64,000 nt of DNA, taken from Lama guanicoe (Eukaryota). The position numbers and the translations under genes are program-made. The stretch lies in assembly GCA_013239625.1 (NCBI GenBank), contig MU054338.1, positions 3,123,371-3,187,370 on the forward strand. The letters run 5' to 3'. Of this stretch, positions 25,330 to 36,514 are shown in pieces; positions within the stretch are counted from its first letter, which is position 1, and the number at the start of each line of letters is the position of its first letter. The notes below the pieces were generated by a model, which made no database searches, was not told the DNA's origin, and was given only the letters and a program-made list of their open reading frames with translations.

Positions 25330-25650
25330 GACAATACAGGAAGTACGTAACCGGGTCCCAAAAGCCATCGCGATAGCAGTGCATGACGGGAGTCGTAGTC
25401 CTTACGTGGCCAGTTTTTGCCGCAATCTACTTTAGTTGGAACTACAATTCCCACAATGCACCGTGCTCACTTTTCTCCACTACTGGCCCGCGCCCTTCTG
25501 GGAGTTGTAGTCTTAATGTCACACCGTTCCTTTTCTGCCCATGGAGTGGGCCGATTTAGAGGACTACATTTCCCTGAATGCTTCCATTCGCCAACGGCAC
25601 CAGGCCGCGGCAGCCATTTTGTTCCGCCGAGAAGCCCCTAAGATGGCGGC
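25330..25650 (+). promoter_or_regulatory. FEM1A CpG-island promoter
   Basis: Four ZNF143/THAP11-type ACTAC-N3-TCCC motifs, ETS CAGGAAGT, TCGCGATA, YY1-type GCCATTTT and AAGATGGCGGC. Confidence 0.8.
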
Positions 25651-25749
25651 GGGGGAGACGGTGAAGGTTGCAGCCTGCGCCTCCGGGCTCTAGTCCGCCG
25701 TCTCCCCGTCCCCCAGCGGCCGGCCCATGGCCTGGTGGAGGCCCAGACC

Positions 25750-27744
25750 ATGGACCTCCACACCGCCGTGTACAACGCCGCCCGCGACGGCAAGCTGCAG
25801 CTGCTTCAGAAGCTGCTCAGCGGCCGGAGCCGGGAGGAGCTGGACGAGCTGACCGGCGAGGTAGCCAGCGGGGGGACGCCGCTGCTCATCGCCGCCCGTT
25901 ACGGCCACTTGGACGTGGTTGAGTACCTGGTGGATCGGTGCGGCGCGAGCGTGGAGGCGGGCGGCTCGGTGCACTTCGATGGCGAGACCATCGAGGGCGC
26001 GCCGCCGCTATGGGCCGCCTCAGCCGCCGGCCACCTGGACGTGGTGCGGAGCCTGCTGCGCCGCGGGGCCTCGGTGAACCGCACCACGCGTACCAACTCG
26101 ACGCCCCTGCGCGCCGCCTGCTTCGACGGGCACCTGGAGGTGGTGCGCTACTTGGTGGGCGAGCACCAGGCGGACCTGGAGGTGGCCAACCGGCACGGGC
26201 ACACGTGCCTGATGATCTCCTGTTACAAGGGCCACCGCGAGATCGCCCGCTACCTGCTGGAGCAGGGCGCCCAGGTGAACCGGCGCAGCGCCAAGGGCAA
26301 CACAGCCCTGCACGACTGCGCGGAGTCTGGCAGCCTGGAGATCCTGCAGCTACTGCTCGGGTGCAACGCCCGCATGGAACGTGACGGCTACGGCATGACC
26401 CCGCTGCTGGCGGCCAGCGTGACGGGCCACACCAACATCGTGGAGTACCTCATCCAGGAGCAGCCTGCCGGGGAGGAGACGCGGCCAGAGCTGTCGGGAG
26501 AAGGCCCCTCCACCAGCCCAACGTGCGTGCAGCCCCAGGGGGCCCGCTGCTCCAGCTCCTCCCCGGAGGAACCACCGAGCGGTGAATCGTACGAGAGCTG
26601 CTGCCCCACCAGCCGGGAAGCTGCCGTGGAAGCCTTGGAATTGCTGGGAGCCACCTACGTAGATAAGAAGCGGGATCTGCTTGGGGCCCTGAAACACTGG
26701 AGACGGGCCATGGAGCTGCGTCACCAGGGGGGCGAGTATCTGCCTAAACCCGAGCCCCCGCAGCTGGTTCTGGCCTATGACTATTCCAGGGAGGTGAACA
26801 CCGCCGAGGAATTGGAGGCGCTCATCACCGACCCGGATGAGATGCGCATGCAGGCCCTGTTGATCCGAGAACGTATCCTGGGTCCCTCTCACCCAGACAC
26901 TTCCTACTATATCCGTTATCGCGGCGCTGTGTACGCCGACTCCGGCAATTTCGAGCGCTGCATCCGCTTGTGGAAGTACGCCCTGGACATGCAGCAGAAC
27001 AACCTGGAGCCTCTGAGCCCCATGACTGCCAGCAGCTTCCTCTCCTTTGCCGAACTCTTCTCCTACGTGCTCCAGGACCGCTCTGCCAAGGGTAGCCTGG
27101 GCACGCAGATCGGCTTCACAGACCTCATGGGGGTGCTGTGCAAGGGGGTCCGGGAGGTGGAACGGGCCCTGCAGCTGCCCAAGGAGCCCGGGGACTCGGC
27201 CCAGTTCACCAAGGCCCTAGCCATCATCCTCCACCTCCTCTACCTGCTGGAGAAAGTCGAGTGCACACCCGACCAGGAGCATCTGAAGCACCAGACGGTC
27301 TACCGGCTGCTCAAGTGCGCCCCCCGGGGCAAGAACGGCTTCACTCCTCTACATATGGCCGTGGACGCGGAGACCACGAACGTGGGCCGCTACCCGGTGG
27401 GCCGATTCCCCTCCCTGCAGGTGGTCAAGGTGCTGCTCGACTGCGGGGCGGACCCTGACAGCCGGGACTTTGACAACAACACCCCGCTGCACATCGCGGC
27501 GCAGAACAACTGCCCAGCGATCATGAACGCCCTGATAGAAGCAGGGGCCCACATGGACGCCACCAACGCCTTCAAGAAGACGGCCTACGAGCTGCTGGAC
27601 GAGAAGCTGCTGGCCAGGAGCACCCTGCAGCCCTTCAACTACGTCACCCTGCAGTGCCTTGCAGCCCGCGCCCTGGACAAGAACAAGATCCCCTACAAGG
27701 GCTTCATCCCCGAGGAGCTGGAGGCTTTCATCGAGCTGCACTGA
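25750..27744 (+). CDS. FEM1A: Fem-1 homolog A, ankyrin/TPR substrate receptor of CRL2 E3 ligase; intronless, 664 aa
   Basis: MDLHTAVYNAARDGKL start (ACCATGG; the track's GTG start at 25735 is 5 codons too early), ankyrin repeats, C-terminal VTLQCLAARAL box, ends FIELH. Confidence 0.98.
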   Translation: MDLHTAVYNAARDGKLQLLQKLLSGRSREELDELTGEVASGGTPLLIAARYGHLDVVEYLVDRCGASVEAGGSVHFDGETIEGAPPLWAASAAGHLDVVRSLLRRGASVNRTTRTNSTPLRAACFDGHLEVVRYLVGEHQADLEVANRHGHTCLMISCYKGHREIARYLLEQGAQVNRRSAKGNTALHDCAESGSLEILQLLLGCNARMERDGYGMTPLLAASVTGHTNIVEYLIQEQPAGEETRPELSGEGPSTSPTCVQPQGARCSSSSPEEPPSGESYESCCPTSREAAVEALELLGATYVDKKRDLLGALKHWRRAMELRHQGGEYLPKPEPPQLVLAYDYSREVNTAEELEALITDPDEMRMQALLIRERILGPSHPDTSYYIRYRGAVYADSGNFERCIRLWKYALDMQQNNLEPLSPMTASSFLSFAELFSYVLQDRSAKGSLGTQIGFTDLMGVLCKGVREVERALQLPKEPGDSAQFTKALAIILHLLYLLEKVECTPDQEHLKHQTVYRLLKCAPRGKNGFTPLHMAVDAETTNVGRYPVGRFPSLQVVKVLLDCGADPDSRDFDNNTPLHIAAQNNCPAIMNALIEAGAHMDATNAFKKTAYELLDEKLLARSTLQPFNYVTLQCLAARALDKNKIPYKGFIPEELEAFIELH

Positions 27745-29204
27745 CCAGTTCCGAGAGGAGAAGCCGGGACGGGCGGGGCTCACCGCGTCCTCGACTGAGC
27801 ACTTCCGGTGCGCGAAACGGGAGAAGGGCTCTCCCGCCTCCGCGGCCCTTCACTTCTGCAGGGACGGGAGAGGAGTTAGCGAGCTGTTGGTGCTAGAAGC
27901 TTCCAGGATCACGCGCTCGGAGAGCTTTCTCCAAGAGCCCTCGCGCCCATCCTTAACTGGGAGACGATGCTCAGCCTCCCACACGTCCCGTCTGCCTGGG
28001 TTTCGGAGGATTCTGCCTTCCGACCCGGAGGCAGAGGGCTTGAAGCCATCGCCTGCCTTCCTTCCCTACCAGAAACACAAGAAGGAGCCGAGAGTCGGGC
28101 CGGTCCTCAGCCCCTTCAGCGGCCGGATCGACGCAGCCTCCGGATGCAGTGTTAGGAATGGGGGCTCCGGGGCAGAAAGTGGGAGACCAGCTCTGGCTTC
28201 TTCCTGCGCCCCCCACCACCTTGCCTGTGGGCAGGGCCCTCTGCCCGGGGCGGCCTGCCCTTTGCGTAGCGTTTGTGGTTTGCTGTTCTGTTTCTTTACC
28301 AAGTGGGCAGGTTACAGGTGCGATGCAGGAGTCCTGGGGTTTGCTGCCATTTACCTTTTCTTTCTTTCTTTCTTTCTTTTCTTTTTAAGATTTTGGTTTG
28401 TCAAACACGATAAGTTGATTGCACCCAGCGAGGGTTTTGTCGTGCCTGAGCTGGCCACGGCGGGCAGGAGTGAGCCTCACCGTGAGAAGACTTTGACGCG
28501 GGAGGTGCCGTCCCAGGTATCGGTCCCCAGTCCGAGGGTGCCTGGACCTTTCTGAAAACGTCACTCCTTTGCCTTTTCCGTGGGCCGCCCGACTTCCAGT
28601 TCTTCCTAGAAAAGAAGTGTTTTTCCTAACGAGGAGCAGACAGACCCCGGAGGAGCCGGGCCTCCCACCCAGCAGGAGCTCGCGGGTCGGCGTAGGGTTT
28701 GGTTTTCCCGGTTTCCGAGTTAAAGGCAACCGCAGGCCGCTTCCGCCTCCCAGACCGTGTCCAAGGGCCCGGGATAGGCAGCTGGCATCCCGAATGTCTG
28801 TAGCCACTTTGTCACTGCTTGAAGGCCTGGATCTAGGGGTCCCTGAGCAAATGCCAAGTGCACGGTCACCCCAGCGTGTCAGCCAGATGAGACAGTGGGT
28901 GTGGAGAACCGGTTGCGGCCGAGGTGGGACAACCTCAGGAGCCACTCTCCCTCCACCCAGCCCGGCTGGAGCAGCAGAGAGTTCTAGTCCTCTGCGGAGA
29001 GCTGCCCCCACGGCTCGGGGGAGGGGTCGCCCTCCCCGGGGCGTCACCATGGAAACCTTCAGAAGCCACAGCGGTCCCGCCCCCCTAAGGGAGCTAGGTC
29101 TCGTTTGGATTTGCAGTGTTAGTTAGGACGTTCTTTATTTACCAGACCAGGTTTTGCTTTCCGGCAAGGCGGGAAACGCCATCCCTGTCCCCTCAAAAGC
29201 CCGG

Positions 29205-29210
29205 AATAAA
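29205..29210 (+). terminator. Candidate FEM1A polyadenylation signal
   Basis: First AATAAA noticed after the stop codon; longer 3'UTR isoforms are possible. Confidence 0.45.
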
Positions 29211-29273
29211 GAAATGAGGCTGTTGATTTGAGTCTCCATGCTGATGTTAAACATCGTCGTTAAAAAGACAACA

Positions 29274-29332
29274 TGGGTGGTAGGTGTGCGAGGTCCTGGG
29301 TTCAATCCCCAGCGCCTCCATTAAAAAAAAAA
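29274..29332 (+). mobile_element. Truncated tRNA-derived SINE
   Basis: GAGGTCCTGGGTTCAATCCCCAGCGCCTCCATTAAAAAAAA. Confidence 0.75.
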
Positions 29333-32300
29333 GACATTGGGAGAGAGCCGCCTGGCAGTCCTGTGTCGGGTGGGTGGGGGAGAGGGTCCCTCTGAGTGTG
29401 AAAGGTCCGCACAGGTGACCCCAGCCCCCCGCGGAGTTTCTGTTTACATCCCAGGGCTTTGTGTTACATTTCCTTAGGAAAAGATTGCTGGGGGGAAAAA
29501 ATTAAAACCACTGTCAGTCAAAACCCCTGCTTTGCAGGAGGGTCACCATAGAGATGAGGACGGCTGGACCTTCAGGACAGGCTTGGAAGGATGAAAAACA
29601 GGAAGGCCCCTAACTCAGCCCTGCTTCCCCAACCCCCTGCTGGAGCCCAAGCACCCTCTGGCCCAAGAAGTCTCTGCGTGCATTTGGTGTGTCTTCTGAG
29701 GCCACTTCAGGCTTGGGAGGAAAGCCCGCCCCACCCTGCCCCGCCCCTCCCCGTTGTCCTCCACAGTTGCATGGCCCCAGTAGCTGGTCACTGAGTATCT
29801 GCCACGGGCCCACTGTCCACCAGGCAGGGTTCAGGCCCCCTCAGGTGAGCCAGGTACACCTGAGGTCGGTCACCTGCATCCTTACCCTCCATGGCAGTGG
29901 GGAGGGCTGGGCCGTGGGGACCTTTCGCTTCAGTAGTGAATTGGGTGGCGGGTTCTCTGACTCCTGGTTTCACTGGGGGCCCAACAGCGCTTCAGAGCTA
30001 ACACGCACTCAGCTACAGTGTGAGTACAGGGTCATCGCCCTGAAGGAGTGGAATCTGGATCAGCAGGCGCTCTTGGCAGCCTCTCGGGAGACGCATCCAT
30101 GGTCAGCATTTACCGAGCCCGACGGTGTGGCGGGCAGCGTTCCGTGGGCCTCAGCGGGCCGCCCCGCTGCTGCTCACAGCTGCCTGCGTGCTAAATGTCA
30201 CCGCTCCCCTCTTGCAGATGGAAATGAGGCTCTTGAGATTCTAGTCTCTGAGACTCGCCCGAAGAGGGAGACCGATCTGGGCCAAATGCTTTCTTCACAA
30301 GCTCACCCCTGAGAATCGTGGTTTTAGCCTGAGACCCTTGCAGGAGAGCCATCTCAAAACAAAGCTCAGCTTTCCAGAGGGGGCTGACCCAGCAGCTCAA
30401 AAAGATGTAATGAATGACCTGGTTCCTCCAGGGTCCCAATGTGCCGCCAGCTCAGTGCCTTGTGCCAGCCACAGTCCAGGTGTCCCCCAGACTGGACCAG
30501 TCACAGGAGCCCAGGAGTGGGTTGTGCTGATTGGGCTCAACCTGGGTCAGTGATGACCTGCAAGTTACCAGTGACCAGACAAGCTCAGACAGGTCAAGTG
30601 GCCTGCCCAAGGCCACACAGCCAGTATGATGGCCCACCTTGCCGACAGAGGAGCAGACGGAGATTCAGGGAGGGGTTTGCCCAAGCCTGCCCGGCTGGGA
30701 AGCACTGGGGTCAAGGCTGAGAGTCAAGGTCAAGGGTGTCACAGTGTAGCCTGCCCCACCGGTGGAAGCCACCACCCAACTCACTGTCACTTCCCGCCCC
30801 ACTTCCTGCCTCCACAGAACTGACATCAGGGCGTAAAGTTCTGCTCATTGGCTTGTCTACTTGGTTAATGCCTCTCTGAGGCCTTCGGGAGCCTGGGGAG
30901 GGTCTGTGTTGGTCCCCACTGAGTGACCCATATACTGAGTGAGTCAGTGAATCCTTCTTGCCTCCAGGAATTCCAGTCCCCATCTAACAACCTGGGGCAG
31001 TAACCAGGGACACAGGGAGCAGCCCCTGATGGCTTTGCCACACGTAGAGCCCACCGCCCCCAAGGGATTCCAGGGCTGTCACCTGAGCAGTGTTTACAGG
31101 GAGCAGAGCGTCCCGGCCCGAGGTTAAAGATAGCACCGCTCGGGGAGTCACATCACAGGCCAGAAAGGCGAGATGACCAGCCCCTCAGATGGTGCCGCTT
31201 GGCTGGCGCTGCAGGGCACTGACTCTGTCCCTGAAGAAAGATTGGATGGGGGTGTGGATACTTCAGGAGATTCAGTCGGGACTGGACAAAGGGTGATTCC
31301 ACCCAGTGGTTGCCACAACATGTGTTAGGCAAGACCCAGCCCACATGCCAGCAGCACCGCTCCTCCTGCAAGTGGAGAAGTGTGCCCTCCCCTGCCCCCA
31401 GCACCTGTGTTTCTTGTAGGTTGCAGAAGAGACAGTGACCCTCGGCATTGAACGGGACATTTGAGATCCCCCAGTGCAACCCTCTCCCCCTGCCCTGAGC
31501 CCTGATGTCTATTAAAAGCCCATTAAGCAATGGACTAGAGCTGGTGTCACCTCCTCCATGAAGCCCTCCCAGATCATCATCAAAAATGCAGCCCCAGACA
31601 GCCTCCACCACATCCCCCTGTGTACTTCCTTCTTAGTCCTCATAATCTTAACCCCTGTCGTTATCTTTTTTTTTTGCTTGCTGGTTTATTGTGTCCGTTC
31701 TGTAGAGTGTTAAACACACAAGCTCACTTCTTGCTGTGTCCCCAGCCCCTGGAAGAGGTCCTGACTTACAGTCATTCATTAAGACACCTGAGGCCTGTGT
31801 GACTGGATCAGAGCGAGGGAAGTGCAGGAGAAGCTGGGGGACACAGGGAGATGGTGCAGGGTCTTTAGACCCTGGAGAGCCATTTGGGTTTTATCCTTAG
31901 GGTGACAGATGGCCATGACAGAGTTTCTTGCCCAGGAGGGACATGACCTGCTTTAAGCCTTGAGATCACTCTGGCTACAACTAGAAGAACAGATTGGAGT
32001 GAGGTCGTGGGACAGAGAGAAGTGGACAGGTTTCATGTCTACTTTAGAATAGGGCTGGCAAGACTTGATCAATTGGTTTGGGGAAGGAGAGGAGCCTAAG
32101 ATGGACTCTTTGGTTTTGGGCCAGAGCCAGTAAGGGATGGATGATGGGGCTGTTTAATGGGCTGGAGGAAAATGTAGCAGAATTTGTGACTCTAGGGCCT
32201 AATGGGACCCTGGTACCCAGGAAAATGCCTGGCATGTAGTAGGAGCTCAATCAGGATGTGTTGACTAAAGGAAGACTCAGTCCCTGGGTGGGTAGGCCTT

Positions 32301-33443
32301 TAGTTGCTGAAGTGGCTTAACATTGAAATCTAAAGGGCCTTAAACTCAGAAAGAACTCAGGGCTAGCAGGTTACAGAGGTGAGTGACCCAGCTTCAGTCA
32401 AAGAAGTCACAAAGGAAACTAGAAAATACTTGGAACTAAGCATACAATATGATATATGAAAGTATATGCAGCGCAGCTAAAGCAGGGCTTAGAGGGCAAT
32501 GCATAGCTTTAAATGCTTGCACTAGCTGACAGGAGAAAAAGGATCTGCAAACTATGGCCCACAGGCCAAATCCAGCCTCATGTTTTAAACAAAGTGTTAC
32601 TGACAAAGCCACACTCCTGTGCTTACATCATCCATGTGGCAGCTTTCATGCTGCAGGGGCAGAATGAAGCAGATAGAACAGAGACCATCTGGCCCCCAAA
32701 GCCTGAAATATTTACTGTTAACTCTTTACAGAAAATGTATGCCAATGCCTGATCTAAATTTTCACCTTAGGAAGCTAGAAAACTCAGCACAAATTAAACC
32801 CAAAGAATAAAGAGTGGAAATCAATCAAATAGACACAGATAAATGATAAAAAAAAAAAAACCACCAATGAAACCAAAAGCTGGTTCTTTAAAAAGTTGAA
32901 TAAAATTGGGTGAAATGCATGTGCTGGTGGGCGTAAGGGTGGGGTTCTGGATTTGCCCCTGGGGCCACCACCTTGCATGCAATCAATCCTAATTTATTCC
33001 AGTTTCCTCACTCAGAGAAGGTGCATAATCACGGGGGGGGGGCGGGTGGAGTGGTGGTTTAGGACATAGGCCATGTGACCTTGGGAACATCACTTCCCCT
33101 CCCTAAGCCTCAGTTTCCTCATATGTGAAATGGGGTCAATGGTAACAGCTGCCTACCAGCACCGCATGGAGGATCGAATTAGTTTACCCACGGATTTATT
33201 GGAATGTGTCTCAGGGAACAAAGCACGCTAGGCTCCCTGCTCCCAACATCTGAGTTCACAGGTGTTAATACTGAAAATGACCCAAGTTTAAAAGTAAAGG
33301 CAAGTTTGTGTTTTTTTCCCAGTCTTTCACTGAGATAAATTTTACCAGTTCAGTGGCTTTTAATACCATCTCAAGGTTGTGCAACCATCACCGCTATCTA
33401 ATTCCAGGAGAAAGGAAAAAGGAGTTGTTTTTAAAACCTGTTT

Positions 33444-33580
33444 GCGGGGGAGGGTGTAGCTCAGTGGAAGAGTGCATGCTCGCATGCATGAGGTCATGGG
33501 TTCTATTCCCAGTACCTCTGTTAAGTAAAAAAATAATCATAAGTAAACCTACCCTCCCTGCCCCAAAAATAAATAAAATA
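33444..33580 (+). mobile_element. tRNA-derived SINE with TSD
   Basis: SINE head; AAAACCTGTTT on both flanks. Confidence 0.88.
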
Positions 33581-34299
33581 AAACCTGTTTAGTACTTTTC
33601 TTTCAAGGACTCAAGGAATAGAAAAGAAACTAAGTAAATGAGAGGGCAGATGTCCAGCAAAGATGCTGAGCACAGCAGACAGGTAAGAAAGCTTAGGAAG
33701 CAGCAGGGGGCCCCCAGAGAGCATGATGGCCTCGAAGGACGGAGGGGAACCCAGCAAGGGGTGGGGATGGACACAGCACCCATGAGGGGTCTGAGGGACC
33801 CCAGGGAGTCTCAGGGAAGACAGAGATTGTGCCAGATGCCCCAAGAGGTCAGGCAGTTCCTTTCCTTGGGAAGAGAACAATTTTTTCAAAACTTCCCTTG
33901 GAAATTGGAAACCCTGGGCGCCTCCCAGGGCTATAAAAAGGTGGTGTCCACTGACCAGGTTAAAAATAAAAGATCCCCACCCAGGGGCATTTCAGGTTGG
34001 GAGGAAACACTGTGTAAGCCAGGCAGGGGTAGGACTTGCTGTGTGACCAAAGGCAGGTGTCCGCCCTCTCTGGGCTCTTGTCCCCAACAGCATTAGACAG
34101 AACAATTTCCAAATACCCAGTTAATGGGGATGTTTATACCGCTGTTGATATTATTTACAGAGTTTGTAAGCAGCAGGAAGGGTTGCCTTTGGCAAGGCCT
34201 GGAACTTGGCACTCTCTGGGGGTCCTGCCCCTCTGGGCTCTCTTAATAGGGAGACCCTCCTTAGCCCTGTCAAGGGGAGAGGCTAGAACCGTTGTCCGA

Positions 34300-34317
34300 C
34301 AGCGCCCCCTGGTGGCA
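34300..34317 (-). promoter_or_regulatory. CTCF motif (reverse orientation)
   Basis: Reverse complement TGCCACCAGGGGGCGCTG, a near-perfect consensus. Confidence 0.8.
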
Positions 34318-34691
34318 GGGAATGCTCATCACAGCATCTTCTGGATCCTCCCAAATCAAGCAAGCATTCTTTCTCTCCAGGACCCGTAAACACAGGTCCT
34401 GTACGAGGTGGACCACACTGGCTACTCCTCACCCTTCCAAGGCGCCATGCTCCCTCCCACCACGCAGTCTTTTGCTGGGCTGTGCCCCCCACCTGGAGTA
34501 CTCTTCCTCCCTGGAGTGATCCCTTCTAGGAAGCCACCCACAGCCAAGCTCCCCTCCTTCAGTACCGTCCCCCATCACACCCAGGACGACCTCGGCAGTA
34601 GCCACTTAGTGTCATGTCTCTCTCCCCAACTGATCTGTGAGCCCTATGGGGGCAGAAACACGGTCTGCTTTAATCAGCAATGTGTCCCCTA

Positions 34692-34820
34692 GGGGGCAGC
34701 ATTGTAGCTCAAGTGGTAGAGTGCATGTTTAGCATGCACAAGGTCCTGGGTTCAATCCAGCGTCCTCTAAAAACAAATAAACAAAATTAACCCCCCCCCA
34801 AAAAAAAACTAATGAAAAAA
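34692..34820 (+). mobile_element. tRNA-derived SINE
   Basis: TGTAGCTCAAGTGGTAGAGTGCATGTTTAGCATGCACAAGGTCCTGGGTTCAATCC. Confidence 0.85.
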
Positions 34821-34904
34821 AGCACACACACGCACACAAAAACGTGTTCCCTGAAATTAAAGATGATTTAAAAAAATGGAAAGATACCCCCTTTTTTTGT
34901 TTCC

Positions 34905-36514
34905 CAGTGTAGATAAGTTACGTTTACACTAAACCATAGTCTATTCAGTGTGCAATAGCATTAAGTCTTTTGAAAACGTCCATACCTTCATATAAAGATA
35001 CTTTCTTGCTGAAAGATGCTAATCTTCATCTGAGCCTTCAGTGAGCCCTAATCCTTCTGCTGGTGGAGGCTCCTACCTCGATGCTGGTGGCCGCTGACCC
35101 ATCAGGATGCTGCTGTCACCGAATGCAAGTGTGTGTGCCTGATGCACAGTGAAGCCAAAAAACGCTGAAATGTTGGAGTTTGACGTGGAGATTGGTTCAT
35201 TGCTGAGCCAAGCAAAGAGAACATTAGCTTGTGCCCAAGAAACCACGAACTCCCTGAAGAGTTTCAGCTGAGCATTTTTAAAGGCTAGCAGAGGGAGTGG
35301 TGTCCCAGGGTTGGCGATCTGTGCACAGTTCTGATTGGTTGATGGTGATCAATCCTTAGGCACCAGGAAGGTCTTGGGGCTCATAATTATTAACTAGTTC
35401 ATTTCTCCCATTTGGTGTTGGGGTTTAGCACCTGAAAAACTCAAGTAATCTGCATGAGATACTGTTCTCCGGGTGCTTCAGGGCGGAGCTTCAGCAGAGG
35501 ATAGGGGGGTGGGCTCTGGCCCAGGGGCTCCTGCTTGGTTACAGTGGTCGCTGAAGGTCTGGGCAGCTGCGGCAATTTCTTAAACTTAGACAGCAGAGGA
35601 ATTTGCCACATCCGTTGACTCTTCCTTTCAGGAATGATTTCTGCGTAGTGGGCAATGATGTTTGATAGCATTTCACCCACAGGAGAACTTCTTTTGAAAT
35701 TGGAGTCCGTCCCCTCAAACCCTGCCGCTGCTTTATCCACTAAGTTTATGTCACATCCTAAATCCTTGGTTGTCGTTTCAACCATCTCGACAGCACCTTC
35801 CCCAGGAATGGATTCTATGTGTCCAGGAAACACACCCCCTCCCTGAGAGCTTCACCCTGAGATTACAGCACTTCAGTCGCATCTTCAGGCTCCATTTTGA
35901 ATTCTAGGTCTTTTGCTGTTTCTACCGCATCTGCAGTGCAAGACTGAAGTCCTGAGCCCCTCAAGGCATCTGGGGGTTTGAAGTCAACTTCTTCCCAAGT
36001 CCTGCTCCTGTTGACATTCTGACCTGTTCCCAGGAATCACAGGGGGGGGCTTAATGGCATCGAGCTTCTAATTTAAAATGAGAGACGTGTGACTCCTCCC
36101 TTCACTCGAACACTTAGAGGCCATTGTAAGGCTACTAATTGGCCTAATTACAATATTGTTGTGTCTCAGGGAGTAGGGAGGCCAGAGAGGAACGGCCAGT
36201 TGTTGGGGCAGTCAGAACACACACACATTTATTAGTTAAGTTCACTGTCTTATAGGGTGCCCCAAACAAGTACAATAGTAACACCAAAGCTCACTGATCA
36301 CAGATGATCACAACAAATAGAAGCATAATGAAAACGTCTGAAATATTGTGAGAATTACCAAAAGGTGGCACAGAAACACGAAGCGAGCAAATGTTGTTGG
36401 AAAAACGACGCTGATAGACTTGCTTGACACAGAGTTGCAACAATCTTCAATTTGTAAAATTGTGCAGCACCTCCGAAGCACAATAAAGTGAAGCAGAATA
36501 TCAAGGTATGCTTG
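34905..36514 (-). mobile_element. Tigger1-like DNA transposon, internally deleted and interrupted by an LTR
   Basis: Terminus CACAATAAAGTGAAGC...GGTATGCTTG; decayed transposase peptide TTKDLGCDINLVDKAAAGFE...FKKLPQ (ORF 35441-35833). Confidence 0.8.
35114..35543. mobile_element. Solo ERV LTR (~430 bp) inserted into the Tigger element
   Basis: TGT...ACA termini (TGTCACCGAA...TTGGTTACA); Tigger sequence resumes on both sides. Confidence 0.7.

Noticed and set aside
25735..25749. MEAQT extension of FEM1A
   Set aside because: GTG start; the ATG at 25750 has a strong Kozak context and matches orthologues
27659..29126. Long ORFs (298, 221 and 185 aa) behind FEM1A
   Set aside because: GC-rich 3'UTR; low-complexity translations with no recognisable domain; the plus-strand ORFs start at non-ATG codons
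27745..29210. Local miR-7 targeting of neighbouring genes
   Set aside because: No GTCTTCC seed match noticed by eye in the proximal FEM1A or TICAM1 3'UTRs; not an exhaustive scan
35441..35833. 130-aa ORF resembling the TIGD1 C-terminus
   Set aside because: Decayed Tigger transposase remnant cut by an LTR; not a domesticated gene
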